From Tubulanus polymorphus (Eukaryota; Animalia; Nemertea): a stretch of DNA of 64,000 bases. The stretch is from the NCBI RefSeq assembly GCF_964204645.1, contig NC_134035.1, positions 2,728,001-2,792,000 on the forward strand, read 5' to 3'. The translations under genes were made by a program, and so were the position numbers. Shown one piece after another: positions 52,701 through 64,000 of the stretch. The first letter of the stretch is position 1. Each line of letters starts with the position of its first letter. The notes below the pieces were generated by a model that saw only the letters and a list, made by a program, of their open reading frames with translations, was not told the origin of the DNA and made no database searches.

Positions 52701-55700
52701 CCCGTCAAACGCGACCGACGGTTGGCCGAACAATGAACCGCGGTTTGACACGGTATTTTTCATCGTTCGTCAATCTCGCCGATGTAATTACTGTATGTAA
52801 TACCGAGGTTCGAATTACGATCGCGACTTCCAGATATTCGGCATCTAATCACCCGACGCTACAGAGAAAAGTTCACGACGACAGCGCTACGCCAACGAAT
52901 CTGTTTATTTAGCGCGCGACAGTGACACGATTCTCGCAACATTTCTCTTATTAGATAGGCTATTTTGTCCCCCATCGGACGTGGAGACAAGTGACTATCT
53001 ATCATGTAAAAACCCATAATTACAAATTAAAAATAGAAGTAAAAGTAAGACAGTCCTGACTCAAACTTTATCAGCCATTTTCAACACGAAGACACTAGTA
53101 ACGTTTGGACTGAATTCTACGAGCCATTTTCAAAACTAAGAGAATGACTTATATGACGAGGTGTCTTTCAAGTCAGATGTTGAGCGCCGACAATATCCCG
53201 ACAATCAGCGCCGAAAGATAATCTTTCTACACCTATAGTTAAGCTGGAAAACCCGTCAATATCCTCATTGATGAATAAAAGACTTTCTCGCGACTCGATC
53301 CCTTCAAATGAACTTGTCTTCGACCTCGCTCCGGGGTTACGCCTTGCGGGTAAGACTAAAATACGGTGCGGGCTGATTGGCGTTAATTCGACCGCGCGGG
53401 AATCCGACGACAACCGGTCATCAATGGAGATTATGTAGCTGATTATCAAAAATCGCTGTCTTAATTTGCATCTTCTCGGGTCACCGCGAACCCTGCGGAT
53501 ACATGTTATTTTAGCTCTTCGATGACTCGTTGAACTTGAGCTCGACGCGTACATAGCGATAGCGAGTGCGGGGGCGTGTGGAGATAATGAAAGTGTAATA
53601 AGTAAATTACACGAATTCAAACGTATACGATGTAGTAAAAGATCGCCAATTAGTCGTTGAAAGTTTGAAAAAAACGCGAAGCAAATTCGGTAACGTATTA
53701 ATACTGATTGTAGCGGTTTTACACGTAAAGGGCTGATGGGTGTTTGCTCATTTCGTCGCGGTAAAGTCTGTGTCGAATTAATTGCAGGAAACCTCGTTAA
53801 TTCACAGAGCACATATTTGTTAAACCAGAAGACGAAACTAATTCAATTTTCGACTCGTAGCGCGAGAGGGAGAGAGATAGAGAGCGAGAGAGCAATTTAA
53901 AATCTAAGCTTAGCCGAGATTTCGATACGGTTCGCGAAATGATGCGGCGTTGATTGAAAACATTCGAATTCATGACATTCGCAACCGAGATTCGCCTTCC
54001 TTGGTAACTGGTTTCTAACGAAATAACATCCTGTCTCGAGTGCCTAAATGCCATCCATAAACCACGATATATATTATAAGCAAAAATTATTCTTATCTCC
54101 ATATACGTAAACGCGATTTTTGCACCTGCCGAAAGAGTAGCATCGTCAATGACGTCGCTAGTTTTTCCGACGCATCTAACGATGACATTTTTTTCCAGCC
54201 GGTGACAAGGATGCAATTAAGCACGTCAGCAGCGCGGTAAGATTGGCTACCTAACATCGGCTGCGATATCCCGCGTACAAAGTCGAGCCGTCAACAATCA
54301 CATCACAACCGGCCTCATAAATATACCCAACGCGCTGTTCAAGACGATGCGTTATTTTTTTTTTTGATCGAGCAAGGGTCAAAAATGTTTCTCAGCGGGG
54401 CCTGACCCACGTCCGAATAATCTCGGCGCGATTGGTATCTCTCGCCTGGCGAGATATTACCGTCACAACGTCTTTGATAGTCGCCGGCTTTGAAGTGTGG
54501 TTCTCCGCTGACACATGATGGACTTTGATCCGCGGTGAGGTGCGTGTATGCAAGGCGCCGACTTCGCCACCACCCGAGACAGAAATTGCCAAGCGTTTGA
54601 TGGCGAAATTATATTTTCTAGTAATATCGCCGTTTTGATATGATTGATTTGCGCCACAAGTTCCGCCTTTCTCTCTCTCCTCCTTTCGAATCGAATTCGA
54701 ACAATAAGAGGACACGTTTTTACATCCGCGTCTAATAATATTACCGATGACATATAATTATACATGGAATCTGTTCAATTTACTCGAGAATATAAAATCC
54801 GGGCGGTTCCGAAATGGAGTAACCAGTTCCTCGACGAGTGAATGCCATCTCTCGCCATCTCTCCATGGAAAAGTAACCGATGCTTTTGACGATATCTCAT
54901 GGTTTTGCGTTCATACCGCGCGCACGACATTCGACGACCTTAATATTTCCAACAGTCCGGGGGTGAGACGTACCCGCGGTCCCATAGTTGTGAAAATGGT
55001 AATCCACCCAGTGTGATTGAACCCGGAAAACTATAGGATGCGATGTGACAATTAGTGTCCTTAGCAAAAATCAATACTGAAACCACTGCAACAGATTCGT
55101 ATTTTAGTCGTTTTCAAAACTGATTTTCCAATTTTCAATCAGAGTTGGCACGGGGCCGTTCCGATGTTTTGGTCAGGCCAAATATGGTCCGGGGGAAACA
55201 GGGATGCATTCGGCACCGGTGTTCAACGGTTGGCCGAATTAGAACCTGATAAAAAAAATGTGATGGCGCTCGTGTGATGGCGGTTAGACTCCGATGATCT
55301 TAAAGTAGATCTCTGGAGTCACAACAAGAGGGAAGTACATATGCGATATATACTACCTGCGCTATTCAGGATCCACGAAGTAGATTCTACAGCGTTTCGG
55401 CTGCGGACTCAGGGGAGGATTACACGATAATGCGCTATATATTCCCCGTGGAATCCTGTTCACCGCGCCAGGCGTATAGAAATCATGAGCGAAATTAATA
55501 ATTACGGATATTACCCGTGCTATCTGACGGAACTCGCTGTTACGATTGTTATAACCCGTTGATTGCGCTCGTGAGTGATCTTTTGACAGACGACTCGCGA
55601 TGTCGCTCGTTTCACCTGCGCCGAATTGCTTTCTCAAATCGTAATTAATAATTGCCGAAACGTTTTCGTCGACGACGTGAATTCGCGACAGTCGACAAAT

Positions 55701-57860
55701 CGAGCTTGTATTACTGATAATAAACCGATCGAATATTCGATTCGTTTTTACGGATTTTGATTCTCACTAACATCGGTTCAATATGCACCAGAATTATAAA
55801 AAGACACGTCTAAAACTACACAAGGACCATACTTGTAACGACCATGACTTGACCAAGCTCATTTAGATTCTATCAACCCATCATCATAGGAGATCAAATC
55901 ATTACGGCCATATTCATGACCTTAGGTCTCGGCAGTACAACACTGGGTTCAAGGTATTGCAATAACTTCAGGGTTTGAGTAAAAACTTAAACAAATTAAA
56001 TGCGAAATTTATTACTCAGGAATTGAAAACATAAGACACGACGTTTCGGGTAATATCTCTATCGTAAGATTTAATGAATTTCGCTTATAAACTTGTCAAT
56101 ATTCTCCACTTTAGACTGCGGCTATTCTACTACATGTATCAGGGTTTTGTTGCAGCATAGCCTGGGAGTTGAGACCAGTCTAAGATTAACTTAGTTCTGT
56201 AGCCAATCTAGCAACGCTGAATACTAGTCTTAAGAATTAAGACTAGTTTTAGACTCAGGTCATCAATGTGCAACTGGGTTCAGGGATTCTAAGAGCAATG
56301 ACATGTCCCAGCTTGTATCTTCGAGATACATATTGGATTTTCATATGTTTTGGCATTTTTAGACTATCCGAAAATAAGGACACTGTTAGCTCTTGTACGA
56401 AACAATATCTCATATCTTTATATCGTATAAAAGATGGAAAATCAGCACATGTCTCATTGTGTATGTGACAATGTTGCAGTTTTTGTGTCCGGTAAATGGT
56501 TGTAATTTTTCCGGACCATCGAACGACGCCGTGAATTAATGACAGACGCGCGCACTGAGGCCCTGACCATCAGGAAACGGTATAACAAATGACTGATCGA
56601 TCCTATTAGATTATATAAAATAGCCATTTGGTTATGATAACATCGCGGCAAATGGTCGCCAATAAAGGATACATTTCTCACTGTCATTCGTTAATGGCCG
56701 ACATTATACTCGCTTGCCGAGGGAAGAAATCGCTTTTGAGCGTGTCGTTCTATATATAACGACAAAATTCAAAATTGATAACTACTTCGGAATCTGATAT
56801 ACAATTTGAGAGCCGCGCAAAGAGCTCTGCAGTGGTAGGGGAATTTATGGCAGCAAATATTACAGCACAAAAAACTTTGATTGCAAGTAAACTGTGCTTT
56901 ACTCAGTATTGCCGTGACCGTAGATATTTCACCCGTTGGCCGGATACCGAGTTGGGAATCAGGAACATCGAATTGAACGTACAATACGTGTTTTTTGGTC
57001 GAAGCTTCATGGCCTCTCTACTTTCAGTCGGTAAAAAACCTCGAAACTGCTAGTAATGCCCATACGCGTTTAGAACGGTACAGTGCCGACTAATGCCCTT
57101 CATCAGGGATCTCAAATAAACTAGTTAGCCTATAAATTGCTATATGTTTGTACGATTCTATGGGTTGCGGGATGAAAAGAGTATATATAACATGCCACGC
57201 AATCATCGCCGTTATCAATCTACTAAAAAAGCTGAAAAATTGTACGCAATATATATAGAACCAATACATGATCGCCGAGTTTGATGTGTGCGCAATTTCG
57301 ATCGGATATGCTTACACGCGCGTTTATACCGAAAGGCAAATAAATCACCATTCCAAAACTTCCGAAAATGTCCGTCAAATAATATGAGAAAATACAGCAA
57401 ATTTATAAACGATTTGAAATAACTATTCGCGCTTCCTGTCGTCGATTTCGGCGTCTTATATTCGATTCGCACGTTCACCGACTAAATTACTTTTTCCGTC
57501 GTCGAAATGCGACCATTATTCGTCGATTCGTTATTCCGCCGTGTTGTTGTCGGTCTGTGTCATTTCGTTCGCTGGTTTTTCATTTCGAATTGTGTTCGGC
57601 GGCGGTCGCGGCGGCGGCGGCTCGCTGATTTAATAGTCCGCGTTTAAGGTTTCGTCATCGTCGCGTTGATCGTGACTTCTTCGGGCGAAAACGACGATAG
57701 CCACGCACCCAATCAAAAGTCGATTAAGCTTTCGAATACAGCAGTTGTTGTAGCTGGCTGTCTGACGAAATGATCGCATTAGATCCCGCAATTTATACTC
57801 GGGGATGTTTTGCTTCGGAAGGAGTGTGGCCACGACAATTTGCCATCTTTTCTATCTTAG

Positions 57861-58007
57861 AATAGGGATTAACCCTGTTGTTTATTTGATTGGTAGACTT
57901 TGTCTGATATGTTCTGATTTTATGGGTGTCCCTTACAGACCCCCCACACCTGCCGGGAACGAAACAAGCGGTTTTGTTTCGAAATCGGAAATCGAATCTT
58001 TTACGAC
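57861..58007 (+). other. Candidate exon (symmetric phase-2, 147 nt, or first coding exon MGVPYRPPTPAGNETSGFVSKSEIESFT)
   Basis: Pyrimidine-rich acceptor ttttctatcttag, one open frame, a consensus donor AC|GTAAGT, and a GC-rich UTR-like stretch upstream. No recognisable domain. Confidence 0.35.
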
Positions 58008-61000
58008 GTAAGTCATGAACAAGGCTTTCGAAGATATAAAAAACGTTTTCAACGCGCCATTAAATACGAATCTCTTCGTTTCAGGTACGGAATTTCAAAT
58101 AAAACCGCTATTTTAGAGGCAGCCGTATTTTCGATTATCTGCGCAGGTGAATTTTCAAATATGCATCGCATAAAATTCAGAGCAGTGCCTCCTTACAAAA
58201 CTAGGCCGTAAATTATCCCAAATTTATATAATAGCGACAAGAACTCCCCTGATATATTATTATATTATGGCAGTAGCGATGAATTCGTTTTAATCATATT
58301 TTTTTCTGAACGAAGTTATTCAATATTTAGTAAGCAACTCTAGTTTGGGGATGAAAGATGGTTTTGGATATAATGTATATTCATCATAATATTATGAACG
58401 AATGAAGTTTATTTATCAAGTATATAACTTTTGATATGAATACTTAAAAAAATGATTAACTGTTAACTTCACATTTGAGGACACACCGAGCCCTATAAGA
58501 GCTATACCTGGAGGGGATACCCTCTTTAAAAAATTAGTATCAATTTTCTTATGGAAACGTTTTGTCATTAACTGTTTTAAGGATGTAGGCACTCGCCCAC
58601 GCGCCGAACAACCTGTGAACATAGTACAATAACAGTGTGTCTCAAATTCCGATGCTATCCATCTTTCGTCGTCTCTCGCTCACATCGTCTGAGACTCGAC
58701 AGCCGAACGCATCAAAGATTCAGAAATTAAAAACGTCGTTCAAAATATTGCTACGTGACGATCTAAACAGTCTATACGCTATGAAGACTGCGTGGGATGG
58801 TGGTAAAATTAAATACGGCCGTGTTTTTTTTATTAAGAGAGATTACGCAACATCAACAGAACTCCGCGCTAGACTTGTTTGACGGAAAATTTGTTTAGAA
58901 ATGTAAACATTGATAGCTACCGTGCGTTATTCGCTGTGCGAGTTGATGTGGACTACGTCATCAATGTCGGCGTTTCGATATAAACGTGAAAATTGGCGTT
59001 TTTTTGTAATCAATAAAATTTCATAACTCTTAGTTTCTACGTACTGAATTTCCATACATTTTTAGACGATTGTGCGAGTGGATGTGCACTACGTCATCGA
59101 TATTGAGACTAGACTAGTTGCCGGTCAATTCAATTCAATTTAATTCAATTGTCAGTAACGTTTGAGTCAAAGTTCGTTTATTTGAAATCTATCAACACTA
59201 GCCCCCCAATTCATCAGCAATAGTTGACACTCATAACAGCAAAAAGTGGATCTTGGAAATATGATTCGATCGAATCGGATGTGCTGATAACTGATAAACT
59301 TGCCACAATTCCAATCAAACAGCGTCAATACAATACTAACGGAACGGTATATGAGATAACTCCTACAATGAATTAGCCCAAGATGAAAAGTTCAACTAAC
59401 AGAACGAAAGAGTATCGCTGTGACGTATGCATCGGTGCTTTCGGCTTTAGACAAAACCGTATCGAAACCATTCTTTTCGGAGTCCGGTGTCTCGTCGCTG
59501 TCGATGCACGCAGACGGTCGTTGATTAAATAACGGTTAATTCACGTGGAATATCATCATATCATTTGATAGCTTAATGATAACCTCACGAATCAGAGGCA
59601 TCATATACCCGGCGGGTGCGAATATCCATTCCCGTTGTCTAATGCGCAGTTGAGGTAAAGAAAGAAACTAGTTGCTCTTCATTTAAAGAGTGTAACTTGA
59701 TTTTTCCATTAGGATAAATGTAACATTTGAACTCGTAGTTCCCTCGAGTACTGTGAAACCCTTCCCTATGATTTTTGCCAATTTTCTCTGAATTTGGATT
59801 GATCGCTTATGCTTTTTCTACACGGTCCCCGGAAGTGCACTATACGCACCAATCCGAGGCGTCAATCCGCCATCTTTTTTCGCTGTAGCAATACTTGAAG
59901 GAATTACACGGGCTGAACTATTGTACCAGCGGAAACCATCCCCCAACGCAGTACCTACATAACTGTCACGTTTAGCTTCGGAAATATATTCTGAGCATTC
60001 TCCTTCGTACATGTATATCGAAATTGAATTTCGAATTTAATATTTTTTCAAATGTCATCGGCTCGATTCGAAGTTCGAGGATTGGATGCCGTACGAAGAT
60101 AGCTAGTCGTAGGCGGATATTAGAATTCATCGGGGGCTGGTGACAACATCGCGACGAGAGCCCCGCGGGTCGAGTATTAAAAACCCGCTGCAGCTCGGAT
60201 GTGAACTCGATCTGTCACGATGCTTTATATCGAACGAACTGTCGACAAAATTGGAACTGATTTCGTAGAACGAATTAAATGATTAAACAAGGAAAACAAC
60301 TTGAAAGTTTATTGATGCCTTCATGAAAAAATTTGCAGATTTAAAGATAAGTTGCGGTAAAAATATTTCTAAAGGAGATGTAATATCTAGAATTCAATCA
60401 CTATTCCCATTGGTATAAGATCACACTAAATCGGATAGATCCTCACTTGCCGCAGTAACGGCTACTGTCGGCTTATTATTGCAATAACTTGATTTCTTTC
60501 AATCGTTTATCAAATTTCATTAGACATCGTGCGCTTATACCTATATACACAGAACGTATACAGCGAATGCATTGAATTCGCTTCCCGATTTACAGCGCTC
60601 GCTGTGAAATTCGGTACAAAAATCTATTCGCGACAAAATGCCCGAGCGTATCGGATGTCCCACGTGCCGCCGTTTGATAAGAGTATCTACCAGACCGATT
60701 GTTTTCGATGAACGAGAAAAATGAAGCCGCCAGCCTCGCGGGATCGGTGTGGCAGTACGCGCCACCAACTCATTATTCCTTAACAATACATTTTTTTTCT
60801 ATTTCGAATACGACGATTTATTTAGTCCGCTATAGAGGCTATTATATAAACACATATACGATTTCATGCATTTCTTTATAACGGGTTTATTTGCGACATA
60901 GATTACAGCCCAAATCACTAATTTCATAAACTGCAAGAATTTCAAATAGTCTAACCACTTCTTGAAGCGTGCCGTGCATTTTCTTCGATTCTCCTCATTG

Positions 61001-63034
61001 CGCGACGGTTTCTTTACGCGATGTTATCGTATTATACGAAGGCTCGTTCGGTCGTCGGTAATTTACTAATTGCAATTAGTCATTAAATTATGGAAATCTA
61101 ATTCACCGACGCGCGACGCTTCGCGAAATCAACGAATTATGCGACAATGTTCGATCCCAAAAAAGAAGACGAAACAGTTGCCTAAAAAATCACGTCAAAG
61201 CGTTTAGAAAAAGTGTACAGAATGGCAAATTAACAGAAACCATGAACTCTTATTTGCCTTTTTAATGAACCGCCGTATCGTCAGAAATCATGAACTCCGG
61301 GCCCTCCGTCTAACACGCAGATCGCGGTTTAAGGGTTACACGTTTCTATATTTATTATTTCAGCCGTTCTCCGTTCGTCACGTCAAACATTAATTACTCG
61401 CAAAGTAAGAAGTCTATATTGATTAAAAGGTCTTGTATACGGGCCCACAGGAACGGTCCGGTGAAACGTGCTCGGTATACGAGAATGTGTTTGGTAACAC
61501 GCGGGCGTCGCGTTCTCTATATACCGAGACAGTGATATATCATAAAAGTCGCGAGCGGAAACCGAGAACTTATCACCATTAGGCGATATTAATCGACTTA
61601 CTGTTCGGTGTTACACGTGGTCTTAATGGACGAACGGAATAACACTTTCTTTAATTAATTATTCCATTATCATAATCTATGCACGGTTAATACGTATAGG
61701 CCGATACAGCCAAAGTCCGATCAATAGCGGGACCAGGAAAATCAACGCTTTGAAATTGAAATAGAATCTTTACACTAGGTGGCTCTCCTATAAATATCGA
61801 TATTTCTAAATATGGTTGAAATATGAATAATTTTGTCAAATCATGCGTAAAGTTTAAATGGTTGCACTTCGCAATATTTCGCAGCTGACAGAGGCTTAAG
61901 GCAAGGTGGAAATCTGTCGCCTATTCTCTTCTCTTTTTTCTTAAATGAAATAGAAGATTTTTTCATAACTCGTGTATTCATCGATCTGATAAAGACTGAT
62001 TTCGACGAAACTTCGTACAGTTTACTGTATAACGGTTTCACTGTTAAACCGCCATCGCTGCTTTGTAGCTATTATTGAATTATGAGTTCGACACTTTTGT
62101 CGTCGGAAGAAGTTTGGCATTTAAGTGTTTACTACAACACTTCCAGAAGTAATAGTTCATTCGGTCTAAGCTGCGGTCGTTAAAAACCATTCGACGCAGA
62201 CCGTCTTTCGATGGCAGTTGAGAGATAGAGAAAACTCCGGCGGTTCGCACAAAAGTGATTAGTTAGCGCTGAGACGGGGGATCACTGTTAATTCCAAACG
62301 AATGAATGAATAGTAAGAGACCGACATTCGGGACCGCGAACGACTGCGCATTCGTTCTGATATAAAACGCAGCCGAAATCGAGTGAGGAGATATAAACAA
62401 GATTTTTAGACAGTCTGATATGTTAGTGGTTCTAAAACCGTTTGATGACCGTACGGGAAGAGCATGGCAGCTAATTCTCTCGAATTATGGTTGTTCTAAT
62501 GAAAACAGTTCTGGCGAAAATGATAGATATGGAAAGACGTGACTAGGTAGAATGCCCACTGTCTATGATATCATGAACTGCATACAGTTAAGACTTTGGC
62601 CGTTACACTATATAACTTACAGTTCTCCAAATCTGACGATACGAAACATGATGAGACAGTTGCAGATAGTTAAGCCCTGTACTAAGCGGAACCCGCACTT
62701 CGTATTCCGCCCAGGCCTCGGAAGCCTATTTACGTACGACTAGAAATGCTTCGATACGATGCAAATGAACTTCAATGATGATTGATAGGTGCATTTTCCT
62801 CTTCAATTACCAAAAAATGTCGGGTAAAAAATGTCGAAAAAATAGACAAATCCGCACGGGCCTAATACCGAGAGAGCATGGAAGGCAATACTGGTACCCG
62901 TAGAATGTGGATAATTGTCTAAACTAGCATAGAACATCATAAATATGTACATGCGTGCAGTAAATAATGCAATTCTATGCAGGCCAAGCAAAGCCCAAAG
63001 GCTGCGTAGCGCTGGTACCCCGAGAAAAGAAAAC

Positions 63035-63420
63035 TAACAAGCCACCAGACGACGGCCTCGAGCTCAGACTCGAACTCCAAAATTAGCATGCGTTAGTTCC
63101 CATTGCCTTATCTAGTGCCAATAGTTAAGTTTTGTAACTTTTTGAATTTCGACCCATTCCAGAGTTATCCGTGGTCATCTTCAAGGTCAAGGTGCTGGAA
63201 AATAGTTTTTGACGCCTAGTTTTGCCGCTAGGTGAAGCACTGCACAACACTAGACCCCTATACTAACATTGTACCCAAGTTCCATCAAGATCGACCCAGT
63301 ATTATTGAAGCTAAGTAGCTGAAAGCCATACACACAGACCGACGGACACACACGGATAGACACGAACGATACAAAATGGTGATACGGATATGTACTTAGA
63401 GATAAAGAAGACTTGAGTCT
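63035..63420. mobile_element. Helitron/Helentron-associated (HINE-like) non-autonomous element
   Basis: Starts taacaag; internal caaggtcaagg and ccaagttccatcaagatcg; (GACA/GACG) microsatellite gaccgacggacacacacggatagaca near the 3' end. Confidence 0.45.
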
Positions 63421-64000
63421 ACTATAGCCTACTAGAGTGCTAGCTAGCCTACTTGTTTTCAAGGTAGTCCAATTAACTGACTACACGGCCACTAAACCCT
63501 AAAGCCCCGCCGTTCAGGTTCAGTTCGATGTATTTTGTATTCATTAAAGATACGACAAGTCGGAATTGATTTCTAAACGACGATGACAAATCTTTCATCG
63601 CAGTCCCTGATTTCATGCACTTTATTCGATAGGCTACGAGTTTACAGACGACCGATAAATCATAGCTTCGAATGTTCATCAGGGGAAATGGCGTAAACGA
63701 AAGCCGTAATTTAATAAACGGAACGATACCACCTTGAGGAAAAGACAACGGCGAATTCATAACGCCTCGAATTTGTCATTTCTATGAAAGTCATCGTGAA
63801 ATAGTTTTTTAGTTCGTCGGAAAAGCTTGCATTTCGTACAACGGTCGAATGGCCCGTTGTATGATAACATCATCGAGACCATGGAAAGTATGGCGTTATA
63901 ACGAATTTGACGAATTTGAAGAATGGTTTGTTCATTTTGGTGTGTTTGTTCTCAGAAGCTCCTCGATGTTAAGCGAATATACGCGCTGGCATTATAAAAA

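Noticed and set aside
53168-54216. 214-aa and 139-aa minus-strand ORFs
   Set aside because: No recognisable domain, non-ATG starts, no supporting exon structure.

Overview
AT-rich eukaryotic (invertebrate metazoan-type) genomic DNA with GT-AG spliceosomal introns; no prokaryotic features. The first 33 kb carry five + strand intron-containing genes: an astacin metalloprotease with six C-terminal ShKT domains (5' end lies upstream of the window); an SLC3A1/rBAT-like amino-acid transporter heavy chain with three apparent homopolymer frameshifts and a GT>AT splice donor; a small secreted ShKT-ShKT-sushi protein largely missed by the ORF track; an alpha-arrestin (ARRDC-like); and an M14A carboxypeptidase of A-type specificity. 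The last ~31 kb have no recognisable protein-coding exon apart from one candidate at ~57.9 kb and look like a regulatory or long-intron region. Several MITE-like families are scattered throughout. The most striking unannotated signal is a dispersed family of minimal type-I hammerhead-ribozyme motifs (CTGANGA-T-stem II-GAAA-CG-TC) of the kind found in Penelope-like pseudo-LTRs. Several are followed by AATAAA, one is enclosed by a perfect 31-bp inverted repeat, and some form head-to-head pairs. An inverted copy of an rBAT exon also sits in a downstream intron of the same gene. All gene models were built by eye and need RNA confirmation.
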